Notes under the pieces: model-generated
The model's input: only the letters and a program-made list of their open reading frames with translations
The model's database searches: none
Told to the model about the DNA's origin: nothing
Part shown: piece after piece, positions 36,947-44,786 of the stretch
How the letters are laid out: the number at the start of each line of letters is the position of its first letter
Position numbering within the stretch: the first letter of the stretch is position 1
Translations under genes and position numbers: made by a program
DNA from: a virus
Lineage: Duplodnaviria > Caudoviricetes
IMG/VR virus record: IMGVR_UViG_3300017754_002866
Coordinates: 1-46,228 of that record
Strand: one strand, 5' to 3'
Length of the DNA: 46,228 bases

Positions 36947-37515
36947 CGTTTTCCGTACTTCATCAGCATCTGCTGCATACTAATTGGGTTAGCTGTAGGT
37001 GGGTATAACCCAGCCTGGCTATTCATCATCATTGTTCCCAGAGCACTTTTATTGGATATGGCTGACCCGGCAAACTGTTGATTTGCAGCTTTTTCCACTG
37101 GCTTCTTAGGTACTGGTCGTACTACGTTTTGGAAATTCCAGCCTTCTTGTGCTCGTTGCTCATATTCCTGAGGAGTCTTTGCTGTGCCAACATCTGTACC
37201 TTTTGGATACACCGAAACCTTATGGTACTGATGTCCATAGTCTCTAGCTAATTTCCCTTCATTGGCTCCGTGTCCTAGATCTACACGATTACCTTTGATG
37301 GCTCCGCCTGTGTCATCGGCTGTAGCCCATCCGTAACCAGGGATAAACATCTTTGATCCAAGCGGTATCACTTTAGGATCTACAGCAACACGACCCCGCC
37401 CTACAGGATTTCCAAGAGCTGTAATCTTTCCGCCCTGCATACGATCGTCTTTGGCGTAGTACGCACTCACATCTGCATCAATGGTGCGACCGGCGGATTT
37501 ATATTTTTTTGACAT
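36943..37515 (-). CDS. 3D-domain protein (MltA-like lytic transglycosylase fold)
   Basis: SAY, VAVDPKVIPLGS, ADDTGGAIKGNRVDL. Confidence 0.9.
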   Translation of the reverse strand: MSKKYKSAGRTIDADVSAYYAKDDRMQGGKITALGNPVGRGRVAVDPKVIPLGSKMFIPGYGWATADDTGGAIKGNRVDLGHGANEGKLARDYGHQYHKVSVYPKGTDVGTAKTPQEYEQRAQEGWNFQNVVRPVPKKPVEKAANQQFAGSAISNKSALGTMMMNSQAGLYPPTANPISMQQMLMKYGKR

Positions 37516-37526
37516 TACCTATTGTA

Positions 37527-37612
37527 ACAAAAACAGCCACGGCGGACCGTGACTGTTTCCATTTGGTTGTTGTTCGTTGATGTTGCAAGTTTGAGCTTGC
37601 ACACAAAGTATA
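37527..37612 (-). ncRNA. Candidate small RNA / attenuator leader
   Basis: Minus-strand TATACT (37607-37612), hairpin TGCAAG-CTCAAA-CTTGCA, and terminator ACAGTCACGG-TCCG-CCGTGGCTGT-TTTT. Confidence 0.35.
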
Positions 37613-37625
37613 CCTAATTTATCCA

Positions 37626-37654
37626 TTGTTGCCATGCTTACTTGCGGGTATAAT
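37626..37654 (+). promoter_or_regulatory. Predicted sigma70-type promoter containing TTACTTGCG box
   Basis: TTGTTG-17 bp (containing TTACTTGCGGG)-TATAAT upstream of the ssb operon. Confidence 0.6.
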
Positions 37655-37687
37655 GTTTATGTTTGATTTTCACGGAAGGACTACAGA

Positions 37688-37978
37688 ATGATTACAATCT
37701 GTAAGGCAGGACGAGATTCGGACTTTAACATCATGCTCCGACTCACGTCTCATGGGCCACAATTTCTCATCACCCCCACATCCACACCGGATGCAGAAAC
37801 GTTCACATTTACTCCTGTGCAAGCATGGAATTTCCTATATAGCGAAAGCGTTGTCAATCAGAACGGCAAGTGCCCGACTAAGACTATGCTTGAGTTGGCT
37901 AACGAAGTCATTAATAGCCAGGTAGTTAGTAAGCCAGCCTCATTGCCTGAATTCCACTTGGATGACGAGGAAGCGTAA
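37688..37978 (+). CDS. Hypothetical protein
   Basis: 96 aa, AAGGA RBS, TAATG-coupled to ssb. Confidence 0.7.
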   Translation: MITICKAGRDSDFNIMLRLTSHGPQFLITPTSTPDAETFTFTPVQAWNFLYSESVVNQNGKCPTKTMLELANEVINSQVVSKPASLPEFHLDDEEA

Positions 37979-38370
37979 TGATGAACTGCATCACTCTGGT
38001 TGGGCGCCTGTGCGCAGATCCAGAGATTCGTAACACAGCTAACGGTAAGGTTGTTGCTGGTCTTCGCATTGCAGTTGATCGTCGTGGTCGTGAGAAGGAA
38101 ACTGATTTCTTTGAAGCGTCTGCTTTTGGTCAGACTGCATCATTTGCTGGAGATTATCTCCGCAAGGGGAGATTGGTAGCTGTAGTTGGAAAGCTTCGCA
38201 CTCGTGAGTATGAAGCAAAGGACGGCACCAAGCGTAAGGTTTACGAGATCATCGTTGATGACCTTACTCCACTTGATAAGGCTAAAGAGGGTGACCCTGG
38301 TGGATTCACCGCATCATCCGCAGCTCCTAAGGTTGTAGCAACCGAAGACATCGAAGACCCGTTTGCATAA
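37978..38370 (+). CDS. ssb: Single-stranded DNA-binding protein
   Basis: LVGRLCADPEIR, YLRKGRLVAVVGKLRTR, acidic C-terminus DIEDPFA. Confidence 0.96.
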   Translation: MMNCITLVGRLCADPEIRNTANGKVVAGLRIAVDRRGREKETDFFEASAFGQTASFAGDYLRKGRLVAVVGKLRTREYEAKDGTKRKVYEIIVDDLTPLDKAKEGDPGGFTASSAAPKVVATEDIEDPFA

Positions 38371-38377
38371 ACATACT

Positions 38378-38403
38378 GGTGCAGTGGAAACACTGCACCT
38401 TTT
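38378..38403 (+). terminator. Rho-independent terminator
   Basis: GGTGCAGTG-GAAA-CACTGCACC-TTTT. Confidence 0.8.
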
Positions 38404-38412
38404 AGGTTCACT

Positions 38413-38670
38413 ATGAGAAATCCGTTTACATATCTACGAGAACTAAATACAAAGCTTGCTCTTACACATAAGCGTCTTATCGAAGAAATTACACGTGCAG
38501 ATAAATTACAGAAAGAACTTTCAACCGCTAAGGCTACAATTCAGAATCTTCACATTGATCTTCATGTAGCAAAAACATACACAGAGGTTTTGGAAAACAC
38601 TGTCAGCGATCTCAAGGAAGCTGCTCGTAAAGCTAGTCTTTACGATGAGTTAGACATTCCAAAGAAATGA
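38413..38670 (+). CDS. Hypothetical coiled-coil protein
   Basis: 85 aa with heptad pattern; ATGA overlap with the next gene. Confidence 0.7.
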   Translation: MRNPFTYLRELNTKLALTHKRLIEEITRADKLQKELSTAKATIQNLHIDLHVAKTYTEVLENTVSDLKEAARKASLYDELDIPKK

Positions 38671-39119
38671 AAATTAAGCCTATTAATCTGCGTGATGCTA
38701 ATCAATACATCGCAGATAATCACAGGCATCACAAGCCAGTTGTTGGCCATCGATTCAGTCTGCAATGCGTTGATGATGATGGTCAATTACTTGGTGTAGT
38801 TATTACTGGTCGGCCTGTTTGTAGGAATTCAGGTGACCCTATCGAAGTCTGTGAAGTTACTCGATTGTGCACAGATGGCACAAAAAATGTTTGCTCTAAA
38901 CTTTACGGGGCAGCTGCAAGAGTCGCTAAAGAGATGGGCTTCAAAAAGATACAGACGTACATTCTAAGTGAGGAACCTGGTACATCTGTTATTGCGTCTG
39001 GATGGAAATGTGTTGCAACTACACGAGGTGGACAATGGGAGCATTCTGATGGTGCACCTCGTCGCAAAGATCAACCAGATTGCCGTAAAACCCGTTGGGA
39101 GAGAATACTGAATGATTGA
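38667..39119 (+). CDS. XF1762-family (Mom-related GNAT-fold) protein
   Basis: ANQYIADNHRHHKPVVGHRFS, GRPVCR, EVTRLCTDGTKNVCSKLYGAAAR, TYIL..E.GTS..ASGW. Confidence 0.75.
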   Translation: MKIKPINLRDANQYIADNHRHHKPVVGHRFSLQCVDDDGQLLGVVITGRPVCRNSGDPIEVCEVTRLCTDGTKNVCSKLYGAAARVAKEMGFKKIQTYILSEEPGTSVIASGWKCVATTRGGQWEHSDGAPRRKDQPDCRKTRWERILND

Positions 39120-39795
39120 ACACACAGCTAAACTTGTCTGGATTACACCAGAAGCTGAGGCAACTATGGCTTACATCGCCCGTGTAAGTAACCCAAAGAA
39201 TCAACAGTCAAAGTCATTGCGTTTACTGGAATACTGCATTGAACATGGTCATTGGTCTGTTTTTGAACAAGCATACGCATCTATTGAGATTAAAACTATC
39301 CGTGCTATCAGCGCCCAGATTTTGCGACATAGAAGCTTTACGTTCCAGGAGTTTAGTCAAAGGTATTCGGCGGTCATCTCCGAGGATCAGTCACTCCCAG
39401 ATCAAAGGTTAGCTGGTGCAACAAACCGTCAATCAAGTCTGCCTGTAAACATCGACACGATCACCAACAAACAGATGCAAGCATTAACAGATGCTGATAG
39501 TGCCATCTCTTACGCATATGAATGCTATGAGAATCTACTTGATGCCGGGTTTGCTACAGAAACTGCTAGGTTTGTATTGCCACTGTGCTCACCGACAACG
39601 TTGTACATGACTGGTAGTATTCGTTCCTGGTTACATTACATAGAACTCAGGTCAAATAATGACACACAGGAAGAGCATCGAGTGATTGCGAAAGCTGTTG
39701 CTGAAATCCTTGAGCAACACATACCCGTAACTATGGCAGCGTGGAGACGAACACATGAAAACAATAGCGATGATTCAATCGAGGACGAGACCTGA
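39112..39795 (+). CDS. thyX: Flavin-dependent thymidylate synthase
   Basis: HGHWSVFE, QILRHRSFTFQEFSQRY, ARFVLP, TQEEHR. Confidence 0.97.
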   Translation: MIEHTAKLVWITPEAEATMAYIARVSNPKNQQSKSLRLLEYCIEHGHWSVFEQAYASIEIKTIRAISAQILRHRSFTFQEFSQRYSAVISEDQSLPDQRLAGATNRQSSLPVNIDTITNKQMQALTDADSAISYAYECYENLLDAGFATETARFVLPLCSPTTLYMTGSIRSWLHYIELRSNNDTQEEHRVIAKAVAEILEQHIPVTMAAWRRTHENNSDDSIEDET

Positions 39796-40009
39796 ACCAA
39801 AACCTCGACGTAAGAAACTATCCGAACAAATACCAAAAGACATACAAGACAGAATATGGAGAATGTATCAAGAAGGTATCAGCCAACGTAACATTGGATT
39901 GATACTTCTTGAAGAAGGAGTGCCAAGTCCTGATACTCCAACTCCATGGTCTAACAGTTGTATCTCTGTAATCGTAGCTGAATACAAACAAAAAAATACC
40001 CCAGCCTAA
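39755..40009 (+). CDS. Small HTH protein (recombinase DNA-binding-like)
   Basis: YQEGISQRNIGLILLEEGVPSP....WSNSCISVI pattern. Confidence 0.55.
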   Translation: MKTIAMIQSRTRPEPKPRRKKLSEQIPKDIQDRIWRMYQEGISQRNIGLILLEEGVPSPDTPTPWSNSCISVIVAEYKQKNTPA

Positions 40010-40021
40010 CCTGGGGTATTT
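39994..40021. terminator. Bidirectional terminator between convergent genes
   Basis: AAATACCCCAG-CCTAAC-CTGGGGTATTT with an A-run on the left. Confidence 0.75.
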
Positions 40022-41427
40022 CGCATTATCTCAGCACACATTTGAAGTCTTCTGCCAACCCATTTAATTACTGGGATTGCCATAGAGTTTCCGATGGCTT
40101 TATACCGAGCAGAATCTGAAGCTGACTTAAGTTTAGACTCACGTCCATCTGGATGATGATATTTACCGAACCGCTCTGGGTATACATATCCCCTGGAACT
40201 GTAGAACGATATGTTCGTGTAATCATCAGGGAATCCCTGTAAACGCTCGCATTCTTTCGGTGTTAACCTACGCACAGTCATTGGACTGGTGTTTAAAACG
40301 GCTGGTCGGTTGTCTCCCATGTCTGCACGTAATGTTGAGCATCGATCACTAAGATCTGATGGACCAGCATTCCTTGCAATTGACCCTGGCTCAAAGCTAA
40401 GCAGTATAGGTTGGTTGTCACCAGATTTTGCTTGACTGGCCAGTATAGTTTGCGTCTTATCGGATAGGTGAATGTTATTACCTAGCCGAATTGCTGATGG
40501 ACTAAAGACATGAGCAATACCGTGAACACCAGTGGCATTCAATGTGTACATAGGCCCATTTACTGTAAAGCCATTACCATTGCCGCCATTGTGCGGTTGT
40601 CTGCCAATTGTATTCTCAGCTAACGCAATCAGAGGTGTATTATTGCCACCTGTGCCCCACCTACTTGCTACTGTAGGGCAAACATCTAGTGGACCCGTAA
40701 TACGACTATCATTTGGATGGTTTTCGTACAGTAACGGAGTTTGATTGTTTACTCCTTTTGAAAGGTTAGATTTTGTCAGGCATGGAACGCCTCCTAGTCC
40801 TTCGCTATTACTGATTCCAAAGCTTCCTTGAGCAGTGGTGGTAATGTCTTCCCCCTTGTTTCTGCTCTTCGCAGGATCCCGGCTGAAGCTGCCTTGCTCA
40901 AATAGTACGGCTGCAGATGGTCTCCAGTCTGCTCCACGATGTCCAACAAGGATGATTCGACGGCGGCGCTGGGGGACTCCGAAGTATTGAGCGTCAAGAA
41001 TCCGGTAGCTGATGCTATAGCCGATCTCTGCCAGGGCAGCGAGGAATGTTCCGAAGTCTCGTCCTTTATTGACGCTAAGGGCACCTGGAACGTTTTCCCA
41101 TATGACCCACTCTGGTTGCACTGTGTCAACCAATCCAACAAATGCAAGGGACAAGTTACCACGCGGGTCATCCAATCCCTTTCTAAGTCCAGCGATGGAG
41201 AATGCCTGGCATGGTGTTCCTCCAATGATAACGTCAACTGAACCTCTTTCAATGCCCCAGGTTTTGTATTCATTTAGGTCACCGTAATTACGCACAGATG
41301 GATAGAAGTGCTCTAAGACAGAGCACGGGAATTGTTCGATTTCAGAAAATCCAATGGGAGTCCAACCAAGTGACTCCCATGCGACTGTAGCTGCTTCAAT
41401 CCCGCTACAAACGGATAGATACCTCAT
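40006..41427 (-). CDS. Orphan C5 cytosine DNA methyltransferase, probably multispecific
   Basis: SVCSGIEA, GGTPCQAFS, WENVPG, QRRRR, RRLTPKECERLQGFPD, AIGNSM; long variable region with about five TRD-like units. No adjacent restriction endonuclease. Confidence 0.95.
   Translation of the reverse strand: MRYLSVCSGIEAATVAWESLGWTPIGFSEIEQFPCSVLEHFYPSVRNYGDLNEYKTWGIERGSVDVIIGGTPCQAFSIAGLRKGLDDPRGNLSLAFVGLVDTVQPEWVIWENVPGALSVNKGRDFGTFLAALAEIGYSISYRILDAQYFGVPQRRRRIILVGHRGADWRPSAAVLFEQGSFSRDPAKSRNKGEDITTTAQGSFGISNSEGLGGVPCLTKSNLSKGVNNQTPLLYENHPNDSRITGPLDVCPTVASRWGTGGNNTPLIALAENTIGRQPHNGGNGNGFTVNGPMYTLNATGVHGIAHVFSPSAIRLGNNIHLSDKTQTILASQAKSGDNQPILLSFEPGSIARNAGPSDLSDRCSTLRADMGDNRPAVLNTSPMTVRRLTPKECERLQGFPDDYTNISFYSSRGYVYPERFGKYHHPDGRESKLKSASDSARYKAIGNSMAIPVIKWVGRRLQMCAEIMRNTPG
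40794..41273 (-). CDS. Nested alternative-frame ORF resembling M.EcoHK31I beta polypeptide
   Basis: 159-aa same-strand out-of-frame ORF containing TLNTSESPSAAVESSLLDIVE...YYLS..A..GILRRAETRGKTLPPLLKEALE. Confidence 0.6.
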   Translation of the reverse strand: MNTKPGALKEVQLTLSLEEHHARHSPSLDLERDWMTRVVTCPLHLLDWLTQCNQSGSYGKTFQVPLASIKDETSEHSSLPWQRSAIASATGFLTLNTSESPSAAVESSLLDIVEQTGDHLQPYYLSKAASAGILRRAETRGKTLPPLLKEALESVIAKD

Positions 41428-41687
41428 CAGTCGATGAGTCCCAATTCTCTAGCTCGCTTTACAGCTCGCTCACGTGCGTTCAGTCCACTAACTGCCAATT
41501 TCCAATACAGATTGTCCGTGTGAAACTGCACTGTCCGATGGCTGATTCCGAGTGCCACGGCGATCATTTTTGCTGTCCTGTTGCCGTTGAGTTGCTTCAA
41601 TATCTCCAACTCCCGTGCGGATAACGGGTGCAGTAGTCCTGGCTTTTCTGCCGGAATATTCATTGTTTCCTGCGTATCGCTGCTCAT
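41427..41687 (-). CDS. LuxR-type HTH transcriptional regulator
   Basis: LSARELEILKQL...TAKMIAVALGISHRTVQFHTDNLYWKL. Start at 41687 or 41663; TGATG-coupled to the MTase. Confidence 0.85.
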   Translation of the reverse strand: MSSDTQETMNIPAEKPGLLHPLSARELEILKQLNGNRTAKMIAVALGISHRTVQFHTDNLYWKLAVSGLNARERAVKRARELGLID

Positions 41688-41961
41688 AAGTGCTCCAACA
41701 TCTGAATGCAGATGTATCTGTTTTGAAATATTCAAGGCTGATCCTAGACTCCTCCCGATTGCATACAAAATACTTACGGTCTTTGTCGTTATCGATCTTC
41801 ACAATCCACATTTCATATGGCTTAGTGAACTCGTCAATGTATGTACCTTCTCGATGGTCAATGACATTGAACTTGTATTTGCCTTGTTTCTCCTGCGGTA
41901 GATATGCTGTAGTCAACAGAGCTTCGATCATTAACGGATCGTAAACTACTGAGGATAGCAT
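41488..41961 (-). CDS. Hypothetical protein
   Basis: Likely start MLSSV; the 3' part overlaps the LuxR gene out of frame. Confidence 0.5.
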   Translation of the reverse strand: MLSSVVYDPLMIEALLTTAYLPQEKQGKYKFNVIDHREGTYIDEFTKPYEMWIVKIDNDKDRKYFVCNREESRISLEYFKTDTSAFRCWSTYEQRYAGNNEYSGRKARTTAPVIRTGVGDIEATQRQQDSKNDRRGTRNQPSDSAVSHGQSVLEIGS

Positions 41962-42029
41962 CTTAATAGTATATACTTGCAGACTTGCTGGCGCAACAAG
42001 ATTACAATCACTGATGTACAATCATATTT

Positions 42030-42281
42030 ATGGGAGTTGTAAAGAAATACCAGAATCCTAAGGGTGGATTGAACGCGGCTGGCCGTGCCCACTTCAAGAA
42101 AACTGAAGGATTGAACTTGAAGCCACCTGCGCCAAGTCCAAAGACTCCTAAAGACGCGGCTAGGCGTAAATCGTTTTGTGCCAGGATGGAAGGCATGAAA
42201 CGAGTAAACACGTCAGCTAAAACAGCTAAAGATCCAAATAGCCGGATCAACAAAAGCCTTAGGGCATGGAACTGCTCATGA
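42030..42281 (+). CDS. DUF6321-like small basic phage protein
   Basis: NPKGGLNAAGRAHFK...RRKSFCARM...KDPNSR...LRAWNC. Confidence 0.7.
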   Translation: MGVVKKYQNPKGGLNAAGRAHFKKTEGLNLKPPAPSPKTPKDAARRKSFCARMEGMKRVNTSAKTAKDPNSRINKSLRAWNCS

Positions 42282-42523
42282 ATAAAAACATCAATCACGC
42301 ACAAACATTCATGCGGGATTTACCAGATATTGAGCGCCGCGAACACGGTCTCAAGACTGCTCCAACAAAAGCTCAGATGCAACAGATGGAGAAGAAAGAG
42401 CATGGTCTCAAACGCACACCAAGTATGTCTGAGATAATGAAGATTGAACGCAAAGAACACATTAAGCCTGATGGCAATGTGATTATTGGTCGTGGATATA
42501 AAGGAAGAGCAAGGGCAAAATAA
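42278..42523 (+). CDS. Hypothetical protein with internal repeats
   Basis: ATGA overlap; three E(R/K)(R/K)EH units, two followed by GLK..P. Confidence 0.7.
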   Translation: MNKNINHAQTFMRDLPDIERREHGLKTAPTKAQMQQMEKKEHGLKRTPSMSEIMKIERKEHIKPDGNVIIGRGYKGRARAK

Positions 42524-42618
42524 TGGCTAAATCAGTAAAGACAATGTCGCAGATTATGGGCGTAAAGAAACCACATCCTGCTGGATGCAAGTGCCCAGGG
42601 TGCAAAAAGAACTGCTAG
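42523..42618 (+). CDS. 31-aa Cys/His-rich peptide (not in ORF track)
   Basis: MAKSVKTMSQIMGVKKPHPAGCKCPGCKKNC; TAATG-coupled upstream and ends 1 nt before the next start. Confidence 0.65.
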   Translation: MAKSVKTMSQIMGVKKPHPAGCKCPGCKKNC

Positions 42619-42619
42619 T

Positions 42620-44491
42620 ATGCCTGAGAAGACATACCCAGGTCCATTTAAAGGGTCACGATACACACAGTATAAAAAAGACCCAATTAAAGGCTACTCC
42701 AGAGATCTTATTCTTAAGAGTGGCAAGGTTATTCGTGACACGTCAAACGAATTTGACACTGAAACTCAAGCTCGCAAAAGAAAGAAAGTTCAAGAATTTG
42801 AGAGACAAACTGGCTGGGCAAGTAACGACAATTTAAACGCAGCCGGTCGTAACATGATGATCGGCGGGGCTTTAGGAGCGGCTGGAGCAGGTGCGTTATA
42901 TGTTAATGCACCAAAAATTGCACAAAAGATTGCCGACTTTCAAAACCGCAATAACAAGCCAGTACCTGCAAGCCGTAGTAAATCCGTCAGATTAGATCGT
43001 AATCGAGTCGTTAGTAGTGTTACTACTCCTGACAAGGTACGTAACTACAGTGATCCTAAGACTCGCAAGACACGTCCCGTGGCTGGCACTCCACGGATTA
43101 AAATGACGCGTGATCAAATTAATGAACGCCTTAGTTACGAGGGCAAAAAAGGAAACGAAGCAATGGCTGAAAGACCACCAATACAACCTGGGCGGCGCGT
43201 TTTTGGAGGTCCACGACCAGGTTTTGGACGTACGCAATCTTCATCTGAAAATGGCAGTACATCGTCATCCGAAAACGGTAATAAACCACCACGTCCTGGA
43301 AAAAAGCCAGGTACTCCTACTAGACGTATTAAAATTTCAGATGCACAAATAAAGGGATTTCCCGGTCGAAATCTAAATGTACGTGGAGGATCTGGATTTT
43401 TTAGTCCCAATGGACCTTCAGGTTCTGTTGTTGATCGCAGTAAAGGTACAAACGTTGAGCCATATGCTGGTGCAACTCAATCAAGAAGTAACCCAACACC
43501 GCAGTACTCACCAACTCCTGCAAAAACAACTACGTATACACCTCCGGGGCAAAGTGCAGTCCCTACGTTTGGTGGCAAGACTACACAAGCACCTACGAAA
43601 CCTAAATTTCGTGGAGCACGAGTTAAAGACATAGTAAAAACAGCGGCAGTTGGTGGAGGAACACAGGTATCTATTAATACTAGACCGGGTGGCCCAGTAG
43701 GATCAAGAGTTAGACCTGGTCAAAGGGCTATTGTTCGCAATACTGCAACACCAACTACTCCGCCTCGTCCTGGTTATCGTGCGGGAGCTGACGGAGCGGC
43801 TGAAGCTGCAGCTCGCAGAAGTGCTATGCCAGCATCAACAACTGCTAGTAAAGTTGCCGGAGCTGCTAGTAAAGGCAAGGGGCTACTTAAGCTTGGCGGT
43901 AAAGTCCTTGGAGGCATTGCGGCTGTTGCTGGAGCGTCCGAACTTTACGATCGACTTGCACCGGCTGACTGGGCACGTGCACCATGGATGAGCCGTGGAG
44001 CACCAAAGCCACCAGCTCAAGTAACGCAAGAACAACCACGTAACGATGGCGGTTATAGCGCACCTCAAGGCGGTGGCAACAAAGCAAACCAAGGTGGTTA
44101 TGGTGGTGGGTCATCCATGACTCAGCAAGCTCGTGCATCACAACGTGCTATCCGTAAACCGGATGATTACCTTGGAGAAGCATTTGATGCATCTCTTCGT
44201 AAGGGTGTCAACAAGGGTACAGCTCATCTCGAACACATGATGAAGATGGATAACCTAGATGAAGACACTCGTGCTGGATTGCGTGAACGATTCAAGAAAG
44301 TGCAAGGTGACAGAGTTCTGTCACAACACAAAGATGAAGGTATTGTTGAACGCCTTAATGCGGAAAAAGCTGGACGTGGTGAAAACCTACTCAAGGCTTA
44401 TCGTAAAGAAGGTGGTTTCAATTACGGTAAGAAGGGCGATTACTTTGAAATTAAACGGCAAGCTGAAGCCGGTACAGAGTACGCTAAATAA
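42620..44491 (+). CDS. Large basic, mostly disordered protein; paralog of 35668-36606
   Basis: 623 aa, Arg/Lys/Pro/Gly-rich, with a helical C-terminal domain. Confidence 0.8.
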   Translation: MPEKTYPGPFKGSRYTQYKKDPIKGYSRDLILKSGKVIRDTSNEFDTETQARKRKKVQEFERQTGWASNDNLNAAGRNMMIGGALGAAGAGALYVNAPKIAQKIADFQNRNNKPVPASRSKSVRLDRNRVVSSVTTPDKVRNYSDPKTRKTRPVAGTPRIKMTRDQINERLSYEGKKGNEAMAERPPIQPGRRVFGGPRPGFGRTQSSSENGSTSSSENGNKPPRPGKKPGTPTRRIKISDAQIKGFPGRNLNVRGGSGFFSPNGPSGSVVDRSKGTNVEPYAGATQSRSNPTPQYSPTPAKTTTYTPPGQSAVPTFGGKTTQAPTKPKFRGARVKDIVKTAAVGGGTQVSINTRPGGPVGSRVRPGQRAIVRNTATPTTPPRPGYRAGADGAAEAAARRSAMPASTTASKVAGAASKGKGLLKLGGKVLGGIAAVAGASELYDRLAPADWARAPWMSRGAPKPPAQVTQEQPRNDGGYSAPQGGGNKANQGGYGGGSSMTQQARASQRAIRKPDDYLGEAFDASLRKGVNKGTAHLEHMMKMDNLDEDTRAGLRERFKKVQGDRVLSQHKDEGIVERLNAEKAGRGENLLKAYRKEGGFNYGKKGDYFEIKRQAEAGTEYAK

Positions 44492-44495
44492 AGAA

Positions 44496-44522
44496 AAGCC
44501 TCCTACGGGAGGCTTATTTTTT
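44496..44522 (+). terminator. Rho-independent terminator (likely bidirectional)
   Basis: AAGCCTCC-TACG-GGAGGCTT-ATTTTTT between convergent genes. Confidence 0.8.
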
Positions 44523-44763
44523 CGGGTGACAGAAGTTTGACTACTTCATCGCATTTATCTGTGTTGTTGGTTAGATAAAACGTCAGAAACCAGATTGCCT
44601 TGGATAAGTCATCAAACTCACTCTCTCCTGGTTTGCGTCCGCATCGAGCAATGTACTTGATAGCTGTGAACAGCTCGAATCCAAGTCCCCAGGCTCGTGC
44701 TACGTATACGGGCTGAAAGTGCTTTTTTACCACTGCACGGTAGTGATCAGGTGAAGTTTTCAT
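44503..44763 (-). CDS. DUF3310 family protein
   Basis: SPDHY, AIKYIARCGRK, DLSKAIWFL. Confidence 0.85.
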   Translation of the reverse strand: MKTSPDHYRAVVKKHFQPVYVARAWGLGFELFTAIKYIARCGRKPGESEFDDLSKAIWFLTFYLTNNTDKCDEVVKLLSPEKISLP

Positions 44764-44786
44764 TACCCTGACAGTATACTTACGAG

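Noticed and set aside
39755-40009. Small HTH gene as an integrase or serine recombinase
   Set aside because: Only a DNA-binding-like fragment (84 aa) with no catalytic domain, so it is not evidence of lysogeny.
36560-41427. Thermonuclease or VRR-NUC plus the C5 MTase as a restriction-modification system
   Set aside because: The nucleases are not adjacent to the MTase and belong to non-specific or resolvase families; the MTase looks like a typical phage orphan.
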